A stretch of 63,370 nucleotides of DNA, filler included, from Octopus bimaculoides (taxonomy: Eukaryota): NCBI RefSeq assembly GCF_001194135.2. It is 4 parts of 4 records of this genome, joined end to end, with 100 filler letters (N's around TTAATTAATTAA, not from the genome) between each part and the next. Parts side by side here need not be neighbours in the genome. Positions count along the whole stretch, not along the records: positions 41,379 to 61,702 come from NC_068981.1; positions 61,803 to 63,370 come from NC_068994.1; 2 more parts are not named here. The stretch is one strand, 5' to 3'. The notes under the pieces are model-generated. The model was given only the letters and a program-made list of their open reading frames with translations. It had not been told where the DNA came from and searched no databases. The translations under genes were made by a program, and so were the position numbers. Of the stretch, positions 52,962 to 63,370 are shown piece after piece (the first letter of the stretch is position 1; each line of letters begins with the position of its first letter).

Positions 52962-53479
52962 NNNNNNNNNNNNNNNNNNNNNNNNNNNNNNNNNNNNNNN
53001 NNNNNNNNNNNNNNNNNNNNNNNNNNNNNNNNNNNNNNNNNNNNNNNNNNNNNNNNNNNNNNNNNNNNNNNNNNNNNNNNNNNNNNNNNNNNNNNNNNNN
53101 NNNNNNNNNNNNNNNNNNNNNNNNNNNNNNNNNNNNNNNNNNNNNNNNNNNNNNNNNNNNNNNNNNNNNNNNNNNNNNNNNNNNNNNNNNNNNNNNNNNN
53201 NNNNNNNNNNNNNNNNNNNNNNNNNNNNNNNNNNNNNNNNNNNNNNNNNNNNNNNNNNNNNNNNNNNNNNNNNNNNNNNNNNNNNNNNNNNNNNNNNNNN
53301 NNNNNNNNNNNNNNNNNNNNNNNNNNNNNNNNNNNNNNNNNNNNNNNNNNNNNNNNNNNNNNNNNNNNNNNNNNNNNNNNNNNNNNNNNNNNNNNNNNNN
53401 NNNNNNNNNNNNNNNNNNNNNNNNNNNNNNNNNNNNNNNNNNNNNNNNNNNNNNNNNNNNNNNNNNNNNNNNNNNNNNN

Positions 53480-53560
53480 NNCACCAGTCCTCAGTCAAAT
53501 CGTCCAACCTATGCTAGCATGGAAAGCGAACGTTAAACGATGATGATGATGATGATGATA
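53480..53560 (+). mobile_element. Family C 3' end
   Basis: GCATGGAAAGCGAACGTTAAACGATGATGATG tail. Confidence 0.7.
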
Positions 53561-53571
53561 TATATATATAT

Positions 53572-53620
<49 letters not shown>

Positions 53621-53699
53621 CATAAGCAATTAGTTTACATGCACAATACCATACCCACATGTCCAGCAATGGATATAGGTAGATATACAGACAGGTTAG

Positions 53700-53965
<266 letters not shown>

Positions 53966-54347
53966 AATGGCGAGACATAAATTGACAAAGAGAAGCAGGT
54001 ATGTCTTGTAAGAAATGTCTTCCGCCATTTTGATGAGCAGTAATAGACATTTCCGTCTAGATAATTCTTCAAAACCAAACACCAAATTTTCTTGAAAGCA
54101 AACTAGCCACATTATCTCATAGAAAAGGAAATACACCAGTTGGTCTTTGAGTGTACAACGTTGGCAGATAGTATTCTAATTATCTATAAGTGACATTAAT
54201 AGTATATTGGAAATAGCTAAGTACTGTTGAGAATGGTAAGCGATATTCCGACTGGATAACATAGGGAAAAAAAGAAAAACAATATTAAAGCAAATGTATT
54301 TTTTTTTCAGACTGTGTCGAAATTGAAAATGTACAGAAATATACACA

Positions 54348-54397
<50 letters not shown>

Positions 54398-54510
54398 CGC
54401 CTGTATGCAGTCTATAGACATTGCACTCATACATGTGACTATGCGCTTGATATTTGTATATGTGCCTTTGTTTTTCTGTATAGGCATGTGCATTTACATG
54501 TATGTATGGA

Positions 54511-54568
<58 letters not shown>

Positions 54569-55471
54569 TAAACATATATATCAATATATTTATCTATATA
54601 TATACATATATATGTGTAGATATGTATGTGTAGATATATGTGTATATATATGTATATATATATATACATATGTCCGTGTATGCACGCAACTGGGCGGCGA
54701 GTGTTTGCGTGTACGTGTGTGTGGTTGTATGTGTTGTGTGCGCGCCCACGTCTGTAACTGTCTAAGATTAGTTACAGAAATGTACGAATCTATGAAATAT
54801 GCGTGCAAATCTATTTATGCAAATGCATATGTACAATGGAAAATATGTACTAAAATGGCCACGTTCCAAGAAATGTGTAACCTCCAATGCAAATTATGCG
54901 CTGTGTTTGAGTAAAAAACGATGTTAATAAAAAATTAAGACAGTCATTGTACGTGAAACTTGTTAGTTACTGGTGAACCGAATCCACTCACATTTCGTAT
55001 ATCTTTCAGTAACGCATGAAGATTAAAACTGCTAATTATGTTTCTCATGAAATATAGATGTTTGCTATGTAATCAGTGTAGAAGGGAAGATAGAGTGCTG
55101 GTCTGTGACAGAGGGAGACAGAGACATAAATATTGAGAAACTAAAAATATAGAGAGAAAGAGAAAATGTTAGTATATGTGAGATAAGAAAGTGAGTGTTT
55201 ACGTTCGGAAAAAGTGGTATGCAAAAATAAATTGCTGCGTTACTCAACATAGGAACGGTTTCGAATCAACAATGAGATCAAGACGCATGCATGAATTTCA
55301 CAACTTCCACTGAATATCCATATGTATTTTATTTGATAAAGAGTCCTTTATACGCGGGAGCTTATACATACTCTAATGTTGCAAGAAGAGTTGGTGCAGA
55401 AACAACTGTAACAAATCATTAAAGATGTGTTAATTATTTGTCTTATTATTATTTACATACACATACACACA

Positions 55472-55533
<62 letters not shown>

Positions 55534-56349
55534 NNNNNNNNNNNNNNNNNNNNNNNNNNNNNNNNNNNNNNNNNNNNNNNNNNNNNNNNNNNNNNNNNNN
55601 NNNNNNNNNNNNNNNNNNNNNNNNNNNNNNNNNNNNNNNNNNNNNNNNNNNNNNNNNNNNNNNNNNNNNNNNNNNNNNNNNNNNNNNNNNNNNNNNNNNN
55701 NNNNNNNNNNNNNNNNNNNNNNNNNNNNNNNNNNNNNNNNNNNNNNNNNNNNNNNNNNNNNNNNNNNNNNNNNNNNNNNNNNNNNNNNNNNNNNNNNNNN
55801 NNNNNNNNNNNNNNNNNNNNNNNNNNNNNNNNNNNNNNNNNNNNNNNNNNNNNNNNNNNNNNNNNNNNNNNNNNNNNNNNNNNNNNNNNNNNNNNNNNNN
55901 NNNNNNNNNNNNNNNNNNNNNNNNNNNNNNNNNNNNNNNNNNNNNNNNNNNNNNNNNNNNNNNNNNNNNNNNNNNNNNNNNNNNNNNNNNNNNNNNNNNN
56001 NNNNNNNNNNNNNNNNNNNNNNNNNNNNNNNNNNNNNNNNNNNNNNNNNNNNNNNNNNNNNNNNNNNNNNNNNNNNNNNNNNNNNNNNNNNNNNNNNATA
56101 TATATTCATGTTTGTTTTTATGATCAGTTATAATAAAAACAATTTTACCTTAATTTGATGGGTTTCTCTATACATTCTCGGAGTACCAATTTATTGTTAC
56201 AAAAGAATGTTGTTGACAGTGACTTTGAAGTTTCGGCCACTTTTTAATGTTATTTCTACAGATTTGTTTTATATAAATTAGAGCGAGCACTGAAAGTTAC
56301 GCCCTCTCGTAGACGAGTACGTCTATGTAAAGAATGCGATAGTTAGTGG

Positions 56350-56392
56350 GTGTATATGCATATTTCAAGAATTATTTCTCCTTCTTCAGCAC
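56350..56392 (-). ncRNA. Degenerate minimal hammerhead-like motif
   Basis: Minus strand GTG-CTGAAGA-AGGA/gaaataat/TCTT-GAAA-TATGCATA-TA-CAC; palindromic helix III ATATGCATAT, helix I only 3 bp. Confidence 0.4.
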
Positions 56393-57759
56393 GACATCCA
56401 ACCCATTAATCTTCAATAAACGCATTACTTAAATAGCCACAAAATTTAGCGGTGTAACACAACTGGGTACACACACCAGTTTTATATTTTATACAATTTC
56501 CTTGCAACTGCTACGCACGTATTCATTGCTGGTAGGTACACCGTATTTTTTTTATATAACCATGATATACTACCAAGTCATGCCTTTCAGTTCTGGTTTT
56601 AATTTTTTATAGAAAATCTGCAGAGATAACTAAAAACGTGATTAAATCACATTGCTAACACATGTAGGACACAGTGTTGACTTATAAGCCTTCAAGGTGG
56701 CTAGGAATGTTGGTTGTTTACAGATCTTATCTGGAATGAAGATTAGGTGAGTCAGTTAGTGTGGACCGTAGCATTGATGGAACGTGAAGTTGTGTCCATG
56801 CATTTATATACAACGTTACAGCATAGGTAATTCCCATTTAAACGGCAGAGATGGGTAACTAGAAATTACAGGTTTTCCTGCCACCTGTAAACTGCTGTTT
56901 GTTAAGTATCCTATTATAAACGTGAACATGGAACCGAAGGAAGAGGTTAAAATTTTATTATTCTTGGTTTGAAGCACAAGGAAGTGGAGAGAATTAATTG
57001 TGACATTTCGGAGAAAGTTCTGTGGAATATACGTTCGGAGAAGATAGAGAGGAGGACAGAGGAGAAAGTACACACGCAAAAAGAGAAATCCGAAATTGCT
57101 TTTGCTTCTTGCAATTCACCTCGGACATAAATGAACGCAGCGACATCTGTTTACCCTGAAAAAGAGAAGTACCTATATTACTGAAAACAAGTAACTCTAA
57201 GCGCCTTAGAATAAAGTTAATCTCCAAAAAACAAATTGATTAAGCCCACAATTGGATTTCGATATTTGTTTGACAGCCTTGCTCAAATAAGGTCGATATT
57301 GCATTTTGACAAACATATGAATGTCAAAAAAATTAATTTCCTTCTCTTGCTCTAAATTCCAAACATAAGGTCATGCAATAAATCAATAATACAAGCGTGT
57401 CCTCTCTCTGTCTCTGTTACTATTCTGAATATGTCAACACTGAAGTAACCAGTATTTTGCGAACCTACTTTCCATACGTTGGTCAGATCTCTGTCTTATG
57501 AAACACTCTCTATGCTGTTCAATTTTTCTTACATTTGCAACAACTTCTTTTCTGGAAAAATTCTCCGGAGATGCCCACAAGTTTTAATGCCACAATCATG
57601 CATCTTTATTATTTTAAGATGAGAATTAAATGCATGAAACTGAGTTTTATTCAGACCTTAGTCAAAGAAGATATAAAGAGATTATAGTCTTTGTTCTTCT
57701 TCTTTAAACTAGCTTATAAACAAGCAAATAGTGTAGTGTTCTGTGTCACCACACTTCAG

Positions 57760-57995
57760 TTGAGTTACCGTAAGTCCACATTACTCCGTAAGAATCATAA
57801 TACCTGTTCCCCGGTTTCCCTTGGCGTATATATTCCTCCCTGTACAGGACGCGAGATGACTCATTTTTACCAGATGAGTGAAGCAACGTGAAATGAAGTG
57901 TTTTGCTCAAGAACACAACCCCTTGTCCGGTGCACGAATCGAACCACAGTCTTACAATCATGAGTGCAGCATCCTAACCACTAAGTTATGCGCTT
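57760..57995 (-). mobile_element. tRNA-derived SINE, family E (TGTTCTTGAGCAAAACACTT core)
   Basis: Minus strand CTTAGTGGTTAGGATG..GGTTCGATTC (B box)..TTGTGTTCTTGAGCAAAACACTTCATTTCAC. Confidence 0.8.
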
Positions 57996-58599
57996 CCACA
58001 TGAGTCCAACACACTGACCACCAAGCCATGCGCCTCCAGCTGAGTTATAATCCCAGGGAAATATCTGACTCGATATTTGAGTGGAAAAGTTTAAAAAAGG
58101 AAATTTTTCTTAATCTGTAGTCTCGGTAGTTTTATGTACTTTCTTCTACAGTATACAATACCCACCAATAGCTGGAAGACAATGTGTATACGAGACACTG
58201 ATTCTTGGTTTGCAGGTTTTTTTTTAAATCCTATATCCTGTAGCTTACATTTTGTCCAGAATATAATATGACAACGTTTTCGTATTAATTAGATCGAGGT
58301 GGAAGTCAGTACACAAGACAATTGCTGGTTCTCACAGACTGATGATGTCGGTACGATTTGATCATTTGTAAGTTGATCTCTTACTGAAAATCATGGATAG
58401 CAATTATTCCTGAATGGTTAAGAACGCGCGAGATTGGGTTGAAATATAGTTGACACAGCGAGAGAACGCGAGAAGTTATTTAAGATCTGTGAAATGAACT
58501 GTGATGTGATTTGCACTTGTGTCTAGTAAAAAAACCAACTACTAATGATGACTAAACTAATTTCTCCTTTGAATAAGAAATGTCTAGTTTGGTTTTTCA

Positions 58600-60262
58600 A
58601 AGTATTAAAGGTTATCAGAAAGATCACACGAGATTGTCAGGCTTCATACTTTTGACAACTGTGTTATCTTTCGTTTAGGTTAAACCAAGACTAGAGAACG
58701 AGAAAAAAGTCTTGGCATGGCATTGATTACTTCACAGAATGTTTTTGACAGTGTTCCCTCCTTGTGATTCCCTAACTATTAGCCGTGATTAATGTAGCAC
58801 TAGTAATAAGCTGCTATACCAAACATATAATAAATAAAAAAGTAGAAAACTCTTCTGATACAGACGAGAGATATTTATGAGAACTAGTATCATCTACATT
58901 AGAAAATGAATATTCCAATGTCTCCCTTCTCTTCTCCTGTTTTATTGATATGCTACAGATTATTTACATGTTAAAACATCACTATCTCTATTACGAAAAT
59001 TACACAGGTTCACTAGAGGAATTCTTTAAAAAGATTTCTTTTTTTCTTTTCTGAAAGAAGCACCAAAGCAACCTTCAAGAGAGACAATTTGATAAACACC
59101 AGTAATATAGTATTAGATAAGGAAATAGGCATCGGAGAAGAGAATTAAATCAAATGCAGACTTAAATATAAATACTTATATATAACTGGTTTAGAGTACT
59201 ATGCACGCAAAAGACAGAAAGGTTTATGGAGGAAAAATGACTGCATAAGGAAATATACTTATATCACAAGTGTAGGGACGTAGCACCTTCTGCAATGAAA
59301 AACTTATGCTAATAAAATTGGAAAATTATTATAAATCTGAACTAAAGGTGAACATTAAGAGAAACTAATTCTTCTTCAAGGGAACCAACGGATGTAAAAC
59401 AAAAGTCGAAAGTGACAAGATGTTGAAGGGAAAACAACTTTGCTTTAAAAAAATGAAAACTAAGCTTAAAATGGGACAACGGATTGGGTGTGCTAATTGT
59501 GGCATGAAAACAGTTCTAAATCAGAAATACCTGAAAATTCAGAACGCTGAGAAAATTAAAAAAAAAAAAAAAATTGCAACACCCACTGGGAGAGGCAGAA
59601 CTCAAATATGAGGTCGAATGATATTTTATTCCAGTGCAGAATGAAAGCGTTGCCAAGTGTAATTACGAAAAATCTTCTAATACAGCAAATTATACTGAGT
59701 AATTTCAGAATATGTGAAGAATGGGAATAAAACAAAATTAATTACATTTTTACTGGCTGGCTATTGTTATAACTAAGAGTGGTCATATATCTACTGCTAT
59801 GACAATGTTGGAATACAAAAGAAACATTTTCAGAGAATGCCGATGGAACCATCGTTTGAGAGATGCCAGTAAATTCAAACAGGATAATCGACCAGATATT
59901 CTCCTCGGGGGTTACAAGGAAAGAAATCTTCTTTCTGAATCCCAACACATAATATTGTATTTCATACAGAAATGGAGAGATTATCTAAATAATAGATCTG
60001 AAAATAGAGATAACTCGTTTTTAAGACTAAACAGAAACAACTTCATACGTTAGATCCACTGGAAATGATAAACTTAAAACAGGGAGACAAACATAACTAA
60101 TACTCAACGATTTACAGATTTGTACAACATAGAGAGAATAGCATTGACAGGCAACGCACACATGTTTGATAAAGACTTTTGAAAGCAATAGGGGCTGAAT
60201 GAGGAAAAAAACAGCGCATCCCAGGGAACCGAGTGCTGCGGACAATAATACAATGAGAGATC
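58600..60262 (+). mobile_element. Highly degenerate R4/Dong-like (REL endonuclease) non-LTR retrotransposon 3' half
   Basis: Broken AW-IDY..FDSVP RT motif near 58710-58760 and NRPDIL (PD-D/ExK-like) in ORF 59799-60053, followed by a short 3' UTR and trinucleotide tail. Confidence 0.6.
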
Positions 60263-60324
60263 GTGATGATGATAATTTATGATGATGACGATAATGATAT
60301 TACAACAATAACTACTACTACAAC

Positions 60325-60325
<1 letters not shown>

Positions 60326-60355
<30 letters not shown>

Positions 60356-60493
60356 AAGAAGAAGAAGAAGAAGAAGAAGAAGAAGAAGAAGAAGAAGAAG
60401 AAGAAGAAGAAGAAGAAGAAGAAGAAGAAGAAGAAGAAGAAGAAGAAGAAGAAGAAGAAGAAGAAGAAGAAGAAGAAGAAGAAGAAGAAGAAG
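60326..60493. repeat. (AAG)56 pure trinucleotide microsatellite
   Basis: 168 uninterrupted bases. Confidence 0.97.
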
Positions 60494-60644
60494 AAAGCGG
60501 AGATCTATTTTAAAACGGGGGCCACAGTTTTCATTAATGTTTTACGTAGTGTTTTTGGTACGGAAAGACTTTCAAACTTCGTATACTTATCTATTTTGTG
60601 TTATAGAACAGAAAAATATTTTTGTATTCGAATTTATTTCATGT

Positions 60645-60947
60645 AAAAAATTGTCTTATTTCGATAATTTCAACCAATCACTGACAAGTATTCAGTTGTT
60701 TACATTTACTCCTTTGGCTGATTAAGCGGTGTAAAGCGTATTTTATGTCCATACCTTCGTTTTATTTGCTTTTTTCATTTTAAATTTGCTTTAACCCTAA
60801 CCCTAACCCTAACCCTAGGGTTAGGGTTAGGGTTAGGAATAGGGTTAATTGTTTCGGAATCGTTTGTTTGTGTAGTCGGCACTTAATGTATATTGGCTGA
60901 ATGGACGTCAGTGATTGGTTGAAATTACAGAAATACGACAACTTTAA
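60645..60947. mobile_element. MITE with ~40-bp TIRs and a central inverted telomeric-repeat palindrome
   Basis: Left AAATTGTCTTATTTCGATAATTTCAACCAATCACTGAC vs right GTCAGTGATTGGTTGAAATTACAGAAATACGACAACTTT; internal (TAACCC)4-(TAGGGT)n at 60791-60848. Confidence 0.8.
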
Positions 60948-61636
60948 CATGGAATAACTTATGGATTTCTTTTATTTTTAAGAAGACTAAGAGAAAAAGT
61001 TGTTTTATATGACACATTCCACCAGTGTTCCAAGTTTCAAAGTGTTTCGTTAATGAAAAATGTGGCCCCCGTTTTAAAAAAGATCCGAAAGCGGGAGTAA
61101 TCAGAGAGCTGGGACTTACCTGCAATGGAAGTTGTACTAGCCTCTGAAATTCCAACAGGAAAGGTACTTTCTAAGCATATAGGAAAACATGTCTGAAAGA
61201 ATTACATTGCAAGCCACTATAATCTGGAATATTAGAATATGATACTGTAAAGAAGATTAGAACCAAATTCACGGACATCGTTGGCAAAGATCTCAGGATC
61301 TGGAAGAATCCACTAATCATAGAATTCGTCGCAACTCAAAAGTAGAGGTAACAAGAATTTAAAAATGGTAAAAGTAAATTGATCAATTAGCGCTTCCCAA
61401 ATGATTAAACAAATATACAGAGAAATGCATAATTATAGCCTTTAAAATATATACACAAAAGTATAGAAAAATAAGCTCAAATGGGAAGCACAAATTTATG
61501 ACATAGGATATTTTTGATACAAGGGAAAATAGAAAGCCAAAAGAAACAAGAGACTCACAGAGCTATGTTCGGTTGTACAGCGAAAGAATGCAATAGAGAT
61601 AAGACTATTGAAAATAAAAATATAATAATAATAATA

Positions 61637-61702
<66 letters not shown>

Positions 61703-61802
61703 NNNNNNNNNNNNNNNNNNNNNNNNNNNNNNNNNNNNNNNNNNNNTTAATTAATTAANNNNNNNNNNNNNNNNNNNNNNNNNNNNNNNNNNNNNNNNNN
61801 NN
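61703..61802. other. Artificial scaffold-join linker
   Basis: 44 N + TTAATTAATTAA + 44 N. Confidence 0.97.
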
Positions 61803-61864
61803 ATATATATATATATATATATACATGTATACATATACACAAACACACACACACACACATATAT

Positions 61865-62025
61865 GACAGGTTTCTTTCAGTTTCCATCTACCAAATTCAC
61901 TTACAGTGCTCTGGTTGGCCTAAGGCTATAGTAGAAGACACTTGCCCAAGGTGTCACGCAGTGGGACTGAATCTGGAATGACGTGGTTGTGAAGCAAAAA
62001 TTTCCTACCACACAGCGACACCTGT
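61865..62025 (-). mobile_element. SINE family A, 5' half
   Basis: CTTTCAGTTTCCATCTACCAAAT..ACACTTGCCCAAGGTG..CAGTGGGACTGAA..CCACACAGC. Confidence 0.85.
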
Positions 62026-63151
62026 GCCGATACATAAAAAAAAAAAAACCATTCTAGATCAGAAAGCATAAAATCTGCCATATTGTTGAAGCCAACCTTC
62101 TTCTAGCTAATATTATATTTCCTTCAAAGTTAAATAAGTTTTAAATTTTTGTTTTTCAGAGTCTGCATCTTTTGCATACATGGCGATGTAGCCAGGTGTT
62201 TAAGTTGTATTCTTGAAAAACTGTGATTCTTTTAGAAAGAAACCTATTTAATATATGTTCCTCTAAATCAGTCTATAACAATGACAATAAAATTTTACAA
62301 GACATTTTCGCTGTTCAATAATGTGACAACAGAGTTATCTGAACATCAGTGAGGAACATTGTTTCCTTTATACTGTGTGACACCCACTATTTCTTATTCC
62401 TTTCATTTTTATTTATTTATTTATTTTTTTTTTAAGTTTCAAAGACTAAAGCAAACAGAGAATGCGAGGTATTTATTTCAGGAAGTCATGTTTAAAGTTT
62501 TTAACATAGAGATCAAATTGTGTCTTTACAGTTTACAAAAAAAAAAAAAAAAAAAAAAATCCAGTGTGAATCTCATTGAAAAGAATGTCTTATCTAGATG
62601 ATTGCTACAAAAAGACATTTTCCCAGAAACAGGGTGTGTTTGCATCTCATCATGATTTCAGATTAACAGTCTAAAGTTGTTTATTCTCTGTTGATTGTTT
62701 GAAATGTAATATAAATAATGTACATACAAGTTAAAATATCTGTTCCTGCTGGGAGATGAGTTTCAAAAAATAGAGTTGGCCATTTCATTAAGAGAGTCAA
62801 GTAACCACTTTTTTTTTCACTTTTATAATCAATCTAGGATGTTTGTTTTCTCAACTCATATTAGCCACAGTAGATTGTGTTGAATGGTTGAAGGATTGGT
62901 CTACAAGATGAATGGCTGGCAGTTCACATCCCATCAATCGTTATACTGTGTCTCTCTTAAAGAAACAGAATTTTCATTAGTTCTTCCCATTTAGCTACAA
63001 TTAGTGATGTTGTGAGATACAATTTATTTGTGTTGGCAGTGTGTTGGTAGTAGATGTGAATTACATATATGTTACATACATACATATAAATATACATAGA
63101 TACATATCCACATAGATACATATATACATACATACATATGTATTTATATAT

Positions 63152-63244
<93 letters not shown>

Positions 63245-63370
63245 AATAAAAATAAAAATTTTAAAAATTAAAAAATATTAAAAAAAGGGTTTTGTATGAT
63301 CGTGTATAGAGGAATATATTATTTAAAAGAGTTCTAACTCTGTCTGTTTTTTATGTTTTATTTATATTCT

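Noticed and set aside
60791-60848. Ancestral telomere-telomere fusion site
   Set aside because: Orientation is CCCTAA then TTAGGG (fusion gives the reverse), there are only ~4 units per side, and it lies inside a TIR element

Overview
AT-rich, microsatellite-dense animal genomic DNA, most likely cephalopod (Octopus-type SINEs; the species is an inference). Three identical artificial 100-nt linkers (44N-TTAATTAATTAA-44N) split the window into four assembly pieces: 1-28890, 28991-41278, 41379-61702 and 61803-63370. The only well-supported host gene feature is coding exon 1 of a salt-inducible kinase (SIK3-like, 17108-17275, +), with its proximal promoter; exon 2 was not found. The rest is degenerate transposon remnants (Tc1, mariner, hAT/Buster, Gypsy, Penelope, CR1-like, RTE-like, two R4/Dong-like LINEs), MITEs, several tRNA-derived SINE families and simple repeats. 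The most notable signal is a set of minimal type I hammerhead-ribozyme motifs in four unrelated sequence contexts. One context is a tRNA-headed SINE whose 3' module is a Penelope-type hammerhead terminal repeat. One insertion of this SINE carries an inverted copy of its own 3' end and is bounded by a 10-bp TSD whose removal restores a Buster transposase frame, suggesting a SINE mobilised by Penelope-like elements. All ribozyme calls come from manual folding and are untested.
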